This document shows positions 19,022 to 28,321 of a stretch of 64,000 bases of DNA, in pieces. The stretch is from Acidimicrobiia bacterium (GTDB lineage: Bacteria; Actinomycetota; Acidimicrobiia; Spongiisociales; UBA11373), in NCBI GenBank assembly GCA_040902765.1, contig JBBDWO010000030.1, positions 1,598 to 65,597 on the forward strand, read 5' to 3'. The notes under the pieces were generated by a model. The model ran no database searches. It was not told the DNA's origin and saw only the letters and a program-made list of their open reading frames with translations. The position numbers and the translations under genes are program-made. Numbering within the stretch: the first letter of the stretch is position 1; every line of letters starts with the position of its first letter.

Positions 19022-21037
19022 GTGTCCGCAAGCGATGAAGTAGATCTCCAATCGCTCTTCGCCGCCGAGATCGATGAGCGCAGTGCCCGTCTGGCCGAGG
19101 GTGCGACGCGTTTGCATGGCGCGCCGCTCGATGCCGAGTCCCTCGCCACGATGGTGAGGGAGGGGCACACCATCAAGGGAACGGCCCGGATGATGGGGTT
19201 CATCGCAATCTCCGACGCCGGCAAGCTCCTCGAGGACGGATGGCGATACCTGCGTGATGGGGAGCTCGAGGCCTCGAGCACCATCGCCGAGGCTCTCGCC
19301 CTGCTCACCGCGGAGGTGCGTGCCGCCGTGGACGCCGACCCGGCCACCGGCACTCCCGGTCTGGCCGCGGGGATGCGCGCCCTGCGGGTCGCTCTCCATG
19401 ACCAGGGCGCCGATGCACCCGAGCCCACGCACGATCCCGTTCCCACCGCCAGCGATCTCGACGGTCTGCTCGGCACGATCGGCACCCTCGGGTTCGGCGA
19501 CAACGTTCGGGTCGACGCCACCAACCTGTATCGCCTGATCAACGAGTTGTGCTCTCTGCGCGTCGACGTAGAAGTGCTCGCCGAGAAGGCGGGGAGCGCG
19601 GTCGCCGATGGCTCCAAGGTCGCCGAACTCGCCGCGTTGGTAGATGAGATCGACGCCTCCGTCGTCGACCTGCAAGAACGCGCCGTCGAGCTGGCCGCTA
19701 TGCCGCTCAGTGAGATCACAGCGACGTTCATCCAGCTGGTTCGCTACATCGCCCGTCGCTCCGACAAGGACGTCCGGCTCGAGATGACCGGGACGGACAC
19801 CGTCGCCGACCGCCGGGTCGTGGAGAGACTGTCGGACCCGTTGCGCCATCTCCTGGTGAATGCGGTGGAGCACGGGATCGAGACGGTCGCCGAGCGTCAG
19901 GCGCGAGGCAAACCCCGTACAGGGTCGCTGACGCTGACCGCCGAGGTCACCGGTCAGCGGCTCACCATCACGATCGAGGACGACGGGCGCGGGGTGGACT
20001 GGGCGGCGGTGCACCGCGTCGGAATTCGGCGCGGCCTGATCGACGAGAGTCAGGTGGACGATCGGGATGCGCTTCGCTCCCTGCTGTTCACCGCGGGGGT
20101 GTCGACGGTGCCGGACGGCGAGTTGGTCGGGGACGGATCCGGCCTGGCCCTGGTGGCCTCGGTGGTGGAGTCGCTCCAGGGAACGCTCACTTTCGACACC
20201 GAGCCGGGGCGGGGGACCCGGGTGGTGATCGCGGTTCCGCGAAGTAGGGCCCTTCAGGATGCGGTGATCGTCACCGCCGCCGGCCAGGACTGGGGCATTC
20301 CCGAGATCTCGATCCTCGAGTCGGTGCCCTTCGCCGATCTGGAGATCCACGAGACCGGGTCGCGCCGCGAGGTGTTCTGGCTCGATCGCTGGATCCCCGT
20401 GGTGGGATTTGCCGAGGCCGTCGGGCTGCGACCGGCTGGCGAGCCCGATCGCCTCCTGGTGGTGTCGACGACATCTGGTCCGGTGGGTCTCGCCGTCGAG
20501 TTCGAGAAGGGCCGCCGTCAGGTCGCGGCCCGCGAGCTGGGGCCGGTACTCGCAGGCATTCCCCATCTCACCGGCGCGGCGCTCCTCGGGGCAGGCGAGG
20601 TGATCGTGCTCGTCGACCCGACCCGGCTGGCCGATCGGGCCCGCGCTGCGCAGACGCCGACAGGCCCGCGGCCCAAGGTGCTCGTCGTCGATGACTCCCG
20701 AGGGGCTCGACTGGTGGTGGGCGGGGCACTCGGTTCGGCCGGGTTCGAGGTCGAGCTGGCCGGCAGCCCGACCGAGGCGCTGTCCGTTCTCGCCGAGCAG
20801 TCGTTCGATGCACTCGTCGTGGACTATCAGATGCCCACCATGGACGGTGCCACCCTGGCGGCTCGAATCAGGGAGTTGGGGATCGATTCTCCGATCATCA
20901 TGCTGTCAGGCGTGGCTACCGCCGCCGACGCCAGCCGGGCGATCGAGGCCGGCGCCAACGCCTATCTCGACAAGGACGACGTCCGTAAGGGCGCCCTCGC
21001 CGAAGCGATACGGGGATTGGTGAGGACCAGCGACTAG
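19022..21037 (+). CDS. cheA: CheA-type hybrid histidine kinase with domains Hpt(P1), dimerisation, HATPase(P4), CheW-like(P5) and C-terminal receiver (REC)
   Basis: The Hpt domain EGHTIKGTARMMGF, the HATPase region HLLVNAVEHGIE...DDGRGVD...GSGLAL, and the CheW-like region. The REC domain is KVLVVDDSR...VVDYQMPTMDG. The start is the GTG at 19022 after GAGGTAATCCC. Confidence 0.75.
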   Translation: MSASDEVDLQSLFAAEIDERSARLAEGATRLHGAPLDAESLATMVREGHTIKGTARMMGFIAISDAGKLLEDGWRYLRDGELEASSTIAEALALLTAEVRAAVDADPATGTPGLAAGMRALRVALHDQGADAPEPTHDPVPTASDLDGLLGTIGTLGFGDNVRVDATNLYRLINELCSLRVDVEVLAEKAGSAVADGSKVAELAALVDEIDASVVDLQERAVELAAMPLSEITATFIQLVRYIARRSDKDVRLEMTGTDTVADRRVVERLSDPLRHLLVNAVEHGIETVAERQARGKPRTGSLTLTAEVTGQRLTITIEDDGRGVDWAAVHRVGIRRGLIDESQVDDRDALRSLLFTAGVSTVPDGELVGDGSGLALVASVVESLQGTLTFDTEPGRGTRVVIAVPRSRALQDAVIVTAAGQDWGIPEISILESVPFADLEIHETGSRREVFWLDRWIPVVGFAEAVGLRPAGEPDRLLVVSTTSGPVGLAVEFEKGRRQVAARELGPVLAGIPHLTGAALLGAGEVIVLVDPTRLADRARAAQTPTGPRPKVLVVDDSRGARLVVGGALGSAGFEVELAGSPTEALSVLAEQSFDALVVDYQMPTMDGATLAARIRELGIDSPIIMLSGVATAADASRAIEAGANAYLDKDDVRKGALAEAIRGLVRTSD

Positions 21038-21045
21038 CGCTGGTC

Positions 21046-21141
21046 CGCGATTCGCGATTCGCGATTCGCAAGACGCACCGTGAGCCTTCCAGCGCGGCTC
21101 TGGCGTCCTGTCTGACGAATAGCGAATTGCGAATTGCGAAT
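21046..21141. repeat. inverted heptamer arrays with (CGCGATT)x3 at 21046-21066, a 44-nt spacer, and GACGAAT, AGCGAAT, (TGCGAAT)x2 at 21114-21141
   Basis: Read from the sequence. It lies between the cheA stop and the pcrA start. Confidence 0.85.
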
Positions 21142-21198
21142 AGCGCTCAAATCACAGCCCGGTGATTCGAGCCATACCCCCGCCCTAAACTCTTTCTC

Positions 21199-23382
21199 GT
21201 GGCCGAATCGACGCTCCTCGACGATCTGAACGCGTCGCAGCGCGACGCGGTGACGACCACCGAGGGACCGGTGCTCGTGGTGGCCGGCGCCGGGTCGGGC
21301 AAGACCCGCGTCCTCACCTATCGGGTCGCCCATCTGATCAGGGACCTGGGGGTGTCTCCGTACGCCATCCTCGCCATCACCTTCACCAACAAGGCCGCCG
21401 ATGAGATGAAGGAGCGAGTAGCTCGTCTCGTCGGTGGGGTGGCTCGCGGCATGTGGGTGTCGACCTTCCACTCGGCGTGCGTGCGGATCCTGCGCCGGGA
21501 GGCCCATGCCCTCGGATATCGCTCGGGATTCACCATCTACGACGACATCGACTCGCGTCGGCTCGTGGAGATGTGCGTGCGCCAGCTCGACATGGATCCG
21601 AAGCGGTTCCCTCCCAAGGCGATCCGCGGTGCCATCAGCAATGCGAAGAACGAGCTGATCGACGCCCAGTCGTTCGCCGAGAAGGGAGGCGGCCCCTATC
21701 ATGCTCGGGTCGCCGAGGTGTATCGCCTCTACCAACGGCGGCTGGTCGAGGCGTCGGCCATGGACTTCGACGACCTCCTCATGGTGACCGTCGACCTGTT
21801 CGGTGCCTTCCCCGACGTGCTCGAGCAGTACCGGCAGCGATTCCAGTACGTCCTGGTAGACGAGTACCAGGACACCAACCACGCCCAGTACCGCCTGGTG
21901 CAGATGCTCGCCGGCGCTCATCGGAACCTGTGTGTGGTGGGCGACTCAGACCAGAGCATCTACGCCTTCCGGGGCGCCGACATCCGCAACATCCTCGACT
22001 TCGAACACGACTACCCCGACGCGACGGTCGTGGTCCTCGACCGGAACTACCGATCCACTCAGACCATCCTCGACGCCGCCAATGCGGTCATCTCCAACAA
22101 CGCCAGCCGTCGCCCCAAGGAGTTGTGGACCGAGGTCGGCGTGGGGGACCCGATCACCGTGTACCGGGCCGAGGACGAGCACGACGAGGCTGCCTTCATC
22201 GCCGAGCGCCTCGCCGAGCTGCCCGAGCAGCGCCTAAACCTATCGGATGCGGCGATCTTCTATCGCACGCACGCCCAGTCGCGCGTGCTGGAGGAGGTCC
22301 TGGTGAGGTTCCGCGTGCCCTATCAGGTGATCGGCGGGCCCAAGTTCTACGACCGGCGCGAGGTCAAGGACGCCATGGCCTATCTGAAGGCCATCGTCAA
22401 CCCCGACGACCAGGTGGCTTTGAAGCGGATAGTCAACGTGCCGAAGCGGGCGATCGGTGACACGACGGTGGCTCACGTCGACCGTTTCGCCGAACGGGAA
22501 GGCATCTCATTCCACGATGCCCTCACCCGTGCCGCCGAGATCGAGGCGCTCACGTCGCGAGCGGCGAATGCTGTGGCCGAATTCGTCGCCCTGCTCAGCG
22601 TGCTCGCCGCTGCGGCGGAGGATGGCCCTCGCGCCGCGCTCGAGGCCGTTCTCCACGACACCGGCTATCTGGCTGCGTTGCAGCAAGAGGGGAGTGTGGA
22701 GGCGCTGAGCCGGGTGGAGAACCTGCAAGAACTCATCTCGGTGGCTTCCGAGTTCGAGGAGGCAGGTCCGACCGGCGACTTAGGGGACGAGCACTGGAAC
22801 GACATGACCGGTACCCGGCGTCTGGAACGCTTCCTCGAGGCAACCGCCCTCGTATCCGATGTCGACGCTCTGGAGGATTCGGGCGTGGTGACCCTGATGA
22901 CGCTCCACAACGCCAAGGGTCTCGAGTTTCCCGTGGTGTTCATCGCCGGCATGGAGGACGGGGTGTTCCCCCACATGCGCAGCCTCGGCGATCCGACCCA
23001 GTTGGAGGAGGAGCGGCGCCTCGCCTATGTCGGCATCACCAGAGCCCGCCAGAAGCTCTACCTGACCCACGCCACGACGCGGAACCTGTTCGGGGCGAAC
23101 CAGTGGAACTCGGCGAGCCGGTTCCTCACCGAGATCCCCGCCAAGTACGTCGACGAGCAGAAGCCGCGTCTCCGGGTTCGTGAGCGCGAGGAGACGGCGC
23201 CGCGTCGCACGATGCGTGGTGCCGATGTTGGTCGGGGGCACCGGGTCCGCCACGGCACATTCGGTCTCGGTACCGTAAAGGCGATACACGGTGAGGGCGA
23301 CGACGCCGAGGCGGTGGTGGTGTTCGACGAGTTCGGTGAGAAGCGGCTGGCGCTGTCGATCGCCCCTCTGGAGTCGGCGTGA
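21199..23382 (+). CDS. pcrA: ATP-dependent DNA helicase PcrA/UvrD1 (SF1)
   Basis: The Walker A motif AGAGSGKT, the UvrD motifs, and a C-terminal GHRVRHGTFGLGTV Tudor-like tail. There is no HRDC or tetracysteine region, so it is not UvrD2. Confidence 0.85.
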   Translation: MAESTLLDDLNASQRDAVTTTEGPVLVVAGAGSGKTRVLTYRVAHLIRDLGVSPYAILAITFTNKAADEMKERVARLVGGVARGMWVSTFHSACVRILRREAHALGYRSGFTIYDDIDSRRLVEMCVRQLDMDPKRFPPKAIRGAISNAKNELIDAQSFAEKGGGPYHARVAEVYRLYQRRLVEASAMDFDDLLMVTVDLFGAFPDVLEQYRQRFQYVLVDEYQDTNHAQYRLVQMLAGAHRNLCVVGDSDQSIYAFRGADIRNILDFEHDYPDATVVVLDRNYRSTQTILDAANAVISNNASRRPKELWTEVGVGDPITVYRAEDEHDEAAFIAERLAELPEQRLNLSDAAIFYRTHAQSRVLEEVLVRFRVPYQVIGGPKFYDRREVKDAMAYLKAIVNPDDQVALKRIVNVPKRAIGDTTVAHVDRFAEREGISFHDALTRAAEIEALTSRAANAVAEFVALLSVLAAAAEDGPRAALEAVLHDTGYLAALQQEGSVEALSRVENLQELISVASEFEEAGPTGDLGDEHWNDMTGTRRLERFLEATALVSDVDALEDSGVVTLMTLHNAKGLEFPVVFIAGMEDGVFPHMRSLGDPTQLEEERRLAYVGITRARQKLYLTHATTRNLFGANQWNSASRFLTEIPAKYVDEQKPRLRVREREETAPRRTMRGADVGRGHRVRHGTFGLGTVKAIHGEGDDAEAVVVFDEFGEKRLALSIAPLESA

Positions 23383-24032
23383 GCGCCGAGACGGCAGAGG
23401 TCTTGGTCCGACTCGCCGTGGCGGCAGGCCTGTCGGGCATAATCGGCTTCGAGCGTGAGGTCGCCCACAAGAACGCCGGTCTCCGCACCCACATGCTCGT
23501 CGGTCTCGGTGCCGGTGTGTTCACCCTGCTGAGCCTGGAGTTTCCCCGATCTCCGGTATCCGACCCGGCCCGTATCGCCGCGCAGATCGTCACCGGTGTC
23601 GGCTTCCTCGGAGCGGGAGCCATCTTCAGGTCTGGTCTCGCCGTTCGCGGGTTGACCACGGCCGCCGGTCTGTGGCTGGCAGCCGCCGTGGGCATGGCTG
23701 CGGGCGCCGGCGAGTACTTCATGGCCGTCGTGGCGACGATCATCGCCGTCGCCGTGCTCTACGTGGTGGGTATCGGTCAGTGGCTGGTGCGGGGCAGGCG
23801 GGAACAGGCGATCACCGTGATTCGGATCCGGGTGTCAGAACCCGCCCTCGTCGACGAGGTTCGGTCCGCCGCTCGGTCGCTCATCCCGCGCGGTGGCGAG
23901 GTGTCCATTCACGAGATCGGCGATGACCGCGCCACGATCCACACCACCGTCGAACCGAAGATGTCCGACACCCTCATGCGCCAGCTGGCGGCGATCCCCG
24001 GCGTCGATCGCGTCTTCCGCGTAGAAGGCTGA
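23379..24032 (+). CDS. mgtC: MgtC/SapB family membrane protein
   Basis: [30 protein letters not shown] is an MgtC signature. GTG 23379 overlaps the pcrA stop. Confidence 0.7.
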   Translation: MSAETAEVLVRLAVAAGLSGIIGFEREVAHKNAGLRTHMLVGLGAGVFTLLSLEFPRSPVSDPARIAAQIVTGVGFLGAGAIFRSGLAVRGLTTAAGLWLAAAVGMAAGAGEYFMAVVATIIAVAVLYVVGIGQWLVRGRREQAITVIRIRVSEPALVDEVRSAARSLIPRGGEVSIHEIGDDRATIHTTVEPKMSDTLMRQLAAIPGVDRVFRVEG

Positions 24033-24047
24033 GGCTCCGCCTCAGCC
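24027..24047 (+). terminator. GC hairpin GGCTGAGG-CTCCG-CCTCAGCC overlapping the mgtC stop
   Basis: A perfect 8-bp stem. Confidence 0.45.
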
Positions 24048-24108
24048 GTTACCCGTTTCCCGTTTCCCGGCAGGCGACAGGTAACCGGCAACCGGTAACG
24101 GGTAACCT
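24048..24108. repeat. inverted heptamer arrays with GTTACCC and (GTTTCCC)x2, a 12-nt spacer, then GTAACCG, GCAACCG, GTAACGG, GTAACCT. The element ends 10 nt before the ATG of the B12-domain gene.
   Basis: Read from the sequence. Confidence 0.85.
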
Positions 24109-24118
24109 GCTGGCCGCC

Positions 24119-24514
24119 ATGCCCCGCAGGATCCTCATCGCCAAACCCGGCCTCGACGGCCATGATCGTGGCGCCAAGGTGATCGCACGAGCGCTTCGCG
24201 ACGCCGGCAATGAGGTCATCTACTCGGGTCTCCACCAGACCCCCGAGCAGATCGTCGAGACCGCCATCCAGGAGGATGTCGCCGGGGTGGGGCTCTCGGT
24301 GCTCTCAGGGGCGCACATGACCCTGTTCCCGAGGGTCGTGGAGGTACTCGCCGAGCGCGATGCCTCCGACATCATCGTGTTTGGCGGCGGCATCATCCCG
24401 CCTGCCGACATCACTGCCTTGAAGGAGCGGGGCCTCGCCGAGGTGTTCACTCCGGGCACTCCGTTGGCGACGATCGTCGACTGGGTCGAAGCGAACATCC
24501 CGGCGGAGCGCTGA
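24119..24514 (+). CDS. cobalamin (B12)-binding domain protein (methylmalonyl-CoA mutase C-terminal / IcmB-like small subunit)
   Basis: The DxHxxG motif (LDGHDRG) and the Rossmann-like B12-binding domain GGGIIP (131 aa). No mutase catalytic subunit is visible in the window. Confidence 0.6.
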   Translation: MPRRILIAKPGLDGHDRGAKVIARALRDAGNEVIYSGLHQTPEQIVETAIQEDVAGVGLSVLSGAHMTLFPRVVEVLAERDASDIIVFGGGIIPPADITALKERGLAEVFTPGTPLATIVDWVEANIPAER

Positions 24515-24517
24515 TCG

Positions 24518-25663
24518 ATGGACCTCTTCGAGTTCCAGGGGAAGGAGCTGCTGGCGAGTGCGGGTGTGCCCACGCCGGCGGGGAGGGTGGCCACCACCGC
24601 CGCCGAAGCCCGCGCCGGGGCCGAGGCCCTCGGGGGGCCGGTGGTGGTCAAGGCACAGGTGCAGGTCGGCGGCCGGGGCAAGGCTGGTGGCATCCAGCTC
24701 GCCGCGTCTCCTGATGAGACCGAGACGGTCGCCGAGGCCATCCTCGGTATGGACATCAAGGGCCACACGGTGCGCACGGTGTGGGTCGAGGAGGCCTCGG
24801 ACCTGGCCGCCGAGTACTACGTCTCGTTCACCCTCGATCGCCGCGCCAGAAAGCACCTGGCGATGGTTTCGGCCAAGGGCGGCATGGACATCGAAGCGGT
24901 CGCCGTCGAAACACCCGAGGCGGTCGTCCGGATGCACATCGATCCTGTCGTCGGGCTCGCCAACTGGCAGGCGACCGAATTGGTGTATCGGGCGGGCTTC
25001 GACCGAACCACCGCACGCCAGGCTGCCGATGTCCTGCGCCGTCTGTATGAGGCGTTCGTGTCGCTCGACTGTGACCTGGTCGAAGTGAACCCGCTCGCCC
25101 TGACCGCCGATGGCAGGATCCTCGCCCTCGACGCCAAAGTGACCCTCGACTCGAACGCTTTCTACCGGCATCCGGACTTCGAGGCATTCCGCGAGGCATT
25201 CACCCACGATCCGCTGGAGGTGATGGCGCGTGATCGGGGGCTCAATTTCATCAAGCTGGATGGCTCGGTCGGCATCATCGGAAATGGCGCTGGCCTGGTC
25301 ATGTCGACTCTCGACCTGGTGTCGTTGGTCGGCGGGTCGGCGGCGAACTTCCTCGACGTCGGGGGCGGTGCCGGCGCCGACACGATCACCGGCGCCCTCG
25401 AGTTGCTGACCCATGACCCCCAGGTGGCATCGGTGCTCATCAACATCTTCGGTGGCATCACCCGGTGTGATCTGGTCGCAGAGGGCATTGTCGAGGCGCT
25501 AGGCCGTCTCGACGTCCCCTGGCCCATCGTGGTTCGCCTCGACGGCACCAACGCCATCGCGGGGCGCCAGATCATCGCCGATGCTGCCTCCGAGCTGGTG
25601 GTTTCGGCGGCCACGATGCGCGAGGCAGCCGAGAAGGCCGTCGAGCTGGCGCGGGGTCGCTGA
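24518..25663 (+). CDS. sucC: succinate--CoA ligase (ADP-forming) beta subunit
   Basis: An ATP-grasp N-terminus [13 protein letters not shown]...[17 protein letters not shown]. Confidence 0.9.
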   Translation: MDLFEFQGKELLASAGVPTPAGRVATTAAEARAGAEALGGPVVVKAQVQVGGRGKAGGIQLAASPDETETVAEAILGMDIKGHTVRTVWVEEASDLAAEYYVSFTLDRRARKHLAMVSAKGGMDIEAVAVETPEAVVRMHIDPVVGLANWQATELVYRAGFDRTTARQAADVLRRLYEAFVSLDCDLVEVNPLALTADGRILALDAKVTLDSNAFYRHPDFEAFREAFTHDPLEVMARDRGLNFIKLDGSVGIIGNGAGLVMSTLDLVSLVGGSAANFLDVGGGAGADTITGALELLTHDPQVASVLINIFGGITRCDLVAEGIVEALGRLDVPWPIVVRLDGTNAIAGRQIIADAASELVVSAATMREAAEKAVELARGR

Positions 25664-26541
25664 TGGCGATCTTCGTCGACGCCAGCACGCGACTCGTCGT
25701 CCAGGGGCTCACCGGCAGCCAGGGCCGATTCCATGGCTTCCGCAACCGGGACTCGGGGACGCGCCTGGTCGCCGGGGTCACTCCTGGCAAGGGCGGGATG
25801 GATCTCGACGGCGTCCCGATCTTCGACACGGTGTCCCAGGCGGTCGAAGCGACCGGTGCCAACACGTCGATGGTGTTCGTGCCTCCCGCCTTCGCCGCCG
25901 ACGGCATCCTCGAGGCGGCCGACGCCGACGGAATCAACCTGATCGTCGCCATCACCGAGGGCATCCCCGCCCACGACGAGGCCCGGGTGTACAACTACAT
26001 TCGCCAGACCAGCCGGACACCGCTCATCGGACCCAACTGCCCGGGACTCATCTCGCCGGGGAAGGCCAATGTGGGGATCACCCCCCACGAGATCACGCTG
26101 CCGGGCTCGGTCGGCGTGGTGTCGCGCTCGGGGACCCTCACCTACCAGGCGGTCCACGAACTCACGGTGCGCGGCATCGGACAGAGCACCTGTGTTGGCA
26201 TCGGTGGCGATCCGGTTCCGGGCACGTCGTTCGTCGACGTGCTGGAGCGATTCGAGGAGGACTCCGAGACCGAGGTGATCGTGATGATCGGCGAGATCGG
26301 CGGCAGCGCCGAGGAGGAAGCAGCGCTGTTCATCCGTGACCACGTCAGCAAGCCCGTGGTCGGCTACATCGCCGGGGTCACCGCACCCGCGGGCAAGAAG
26401 ATGGGCCACGCCGGAGCGATCATCTCGGGTTCCTCCGGCACCGCCGCCGCCAAGCAAGAGGCGCTGCGCGCCGCCGGAGTCACCGTCGTCGACGACCCCA
26501 GCGCCATAGGCGAAGCAGTAGGAATAGCGATTGGCAATTAG
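25663..26541 (+). CDS. sucD: succinate--CoA ligase alpha subunit
   Basis: The CoA-binding region and the catalytic-His region (GHAGAIISG). Its ATG overlaps the sucC TGA. The last six codons (GIAIGN) and the TAG stop are encoded by heptamer units. Confidence 0.9.
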   Translation: MAIFVDASTRLVVQGLTGSQGRFHGFRNRDSGTRLVAGVTPGKGGMDLDGVPIFDTVSQAVEATGANTSMVFVPPAFAADGILEAADADGINLIVAITEGIPAHDEARVYNYIRQTSRTPLIGPNCPGLISPGKANVGITPHEITLPGSVGVVSRSGTLTYQAVHELTVRGIGQSTCVGIGGDPVPGTSFVDVLERFEEDSETEVIVMIGEIGGSAEEEAALFIRDHVSKPVVGYIAGVTAPAGKKMGHAGAIISGSSGTAAAKQEALRAAGVTVVDDPSAIGEAVGIAIGN

Positions 26542-26615
26542 CAATTAGCAATTGGCAAGAGTCGGAGTGCCGGGTTCTTGGACTCTTGCTGGTAGCTGGT
26601 AGCTGGTGGCTGGCG
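26523..26615. repeat. AATAGCG, ATTGGCA, (ATTAGCA)x2, ATTGGCA overlapping the sucD 3' end; then a 9-bp hairpin GCAAGAGTC-(16 nt)-GACTCTTGC; then (GCTGGTA)x2, GCTGGTG, GCTGGCG
   Basis: Read from the sequence. Confidence 0.85.
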
Positions 26616-26634
26616 ACTGGGGCCCGGTGACTTC

Positions 26635-27303
26635 TTGTATCGTCGCCTCGTGCCCGCGCCTCCCGACTCCTGGCCCTCTTCGGGTCCTCTCGTCATCGGT
26701 ATCGCTGGGGGATCCGGGTCCGGCAAGACCACCATCGCCGAGGCCATCGTCGAGGCGATCGGTCCCGAGGACGTCTCACTCATCCAGCACGACGCCTACT
26801 ACCGCGACCTGAGTCATCTTCCGCTGGAGGAGCGGTCTCGGATCAACTACGACCACCCCGATTCGCTGGAGACCGACCTCCTCGTCGAGCATCTGACGGC
26901 CCTTCGGGCGGGCGGCGCCATCGACCGTCCTGTCTATGACTTCACGGTGCATAACCGTTCACCGGAGACGGTTCGGGTCGAGCCGTCGACCGTGGTCGTG
27001 GTCGAGGGGATCGTGGTCCTCTGGGAGCCACGACTCCGGGAACTGATGGATCTGAAGGTGTACATCGACACCGATGCCGACCTGCGGATCGTGCGCCGCC
27101 TGCAGCGTGACATCGAGGAACGGGGCCGCACCTTCGAGTCGGTCCGTACGCAATACCTGGAGACGGTCCGTCCGATGCACCTGCAGTTCGTGGAGCCGTC
27201 GAAGCGCTACGCCGACATGATCATCCCTGAGGGATACAACGTGGGGGCCGTGTCGACGGTGATCAGCATGATCCGCGACGTGATGACGCGACGCCTTGCC
27301 TGA
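26635..27303 (+). CDS. udk: uridine kinase
   Basis: VIGIAGGSGSGKTT P-loop with PRK/Udk-family layout. The start, TTG 26635 or GTG 26650, is uncertain. Confidence 0.75.
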   Translation: MYRRLVPAPPDSWPSSGPLVIGIAGGSGSGKTTIAEAIVEAIGPEDVSLIQHDAYYRDLSHLPLEERSRINYDHPDSLETDLLVEHLTALRAGGAIDRPVYDFTVHNRSPETVRVEPSTVVVVEGIVVLWEPRLRELMDLKVYIDTDADLRIVRRLQRDIEERGRTFESVRTQYLETVRPMHLQFVEPSKRYADMIIPEGYNVGAVSTVISMIRDVMTRRLA

Positions 27304-27346
27304 GGGGTCCTCGGGGCTCGACCGGCGACACCGGTAGCCTCATCTC

Positions 27347-28207
27347 GTGACCGCTCACATCCTGTCCGGAACCGACGCCGCCGCCGTGTGGCGAGCAGAA
27401 GTGGCCGGCCGCGTCGGCGCCCTCGCCGCCGAGGGGATCCGACCCCGCCTCGCCACCGTCCTGGTCGGAGACGATCCGGCGTCGGAGGTATACGTCCGCA
27501 TGAAGTTGCGGGCTGCGGCGCGTGTCGGGCTCGACGCCACTGGGATCCGGCTCGAGGCAACAGCAGCGCAGCAGGAGGTCGAGGAGGTCGTCGCCGGGCT
27601 GGCAGCCGATTCATCGATCGACGGTTTCCTGGTGCAACTCCCGTTGCCCGCTCACCTCGATTCGATCCCGATCGTGCAGGGCATCCCCCCGTCAAAGGAC
27701 GTCGACGGCCTCAATGTCGCCAGCCTCGGGCGGATGGTGCTCGGACTCCCCGGGGCGCGCCCGGCGACCCCTACCGGGATCCTGCGCCTCCTCGATCACT
27801 ACGGGATCTCCATCGCCGGGCGGCCCGTAGTCGTCGTCGGGAGGTCTCAGCTGGTTGGTCGACCGCTGTCGATCATGCTGTCGCTGGCCGGTCGTGATGC
27901 CACCGTCACCGTCGCCCATTCCAGGACCAACGACTTGCCGGACATCACCCGTCGCGGCGAGGTCCTCGTTGTGGCGGCCGGCCAGCCTGGCCTCATTGGC
28001 CGTGAGCACGTCGCACCGGGAGCGGTCGTCGTCGACGTCGGCGTCACCCGAGTCGGAGACCGCCTCGTCGGTGATGTGGCGGCGGAGGTCGCCGAGGTCG
28101 CAGGTGCACTATCACCGGTCCCGGGAGGCGTCGGCCCGATGACCATCGCCGCCCTCCTGGCGAACACGGTCCTCCTGGCGGAGGCCCGAGTAGCGAGTAG
28201 CGAGTAG
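27347..28207 (+). CDS. folD: bifunctional methylenetetrahydrofolate dehydrogenase/cyclohydrolase
   Basis: Conserved FolD motifs VYVRMK...GFLVQLPLP...VVVVGRSQLVGRPL. The C-terminal RVASSE and the TAG stop are encoded by AGTAGCG units. Confidence 0.9.
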   Translation: MTAHILSGTDAAAVWRAEVAGRVGALAAEGIRPRLATVLVGDDPASEVYVRMKLRAAARVGLDATGIRLEATAAQQEVEEVVAGLAADSSIDGFLVQLPLPAHLDSIPIVQGIPPSKDVDGLNVASLGRMVLGLPGARPATPTGILRLLDHYGISIAGRPVVVVGRSQLVGRPLSIMLSLAGRDATVTVAHSRTNDLPDITRRGEVLVVAAGQPGLIGREHVAPGAVVVDVGVTRVGDRLVGDVAAEVAEVAGALSPVPGGVGPMTIAALLANTVLLAEARVASSE

Positions 28208-28291
28208 CGAGTAGGAAGTACCAAGTACCAGGTACCAAGTACCTCTCTGGCTAATTGCCAATTGCGACTTCCCAATAGCGACTTGCGATAA
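28189..28291. repeat. 14 consecutive heptamer units: (AGTAGCG)x3, AGTAGGA, (AGTACCA)x2, GGTACCA, AGTACCT, then GCTAATT, GCCAATT, GCGACTT, CCCAATA, GCGACTT, GCGATAA. The element overlaps the folD 3' end and ends about 30 nt before icd.
   Basis: Read from the sequence. Confidence 0.85.
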
Positions 28292-28321
28292 TCCCCTTGT
28301 CCACGACTGAGGAGCCCCGCT

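Noticed and set aside
21199-23382. Whether the helicase is UvrD2
   Set aside because: It lacks the HRDC domain and the tetracysteine module, and has the PcrA/UvrD1-type C-terminal GxRVxHxxFGxGTV tail.
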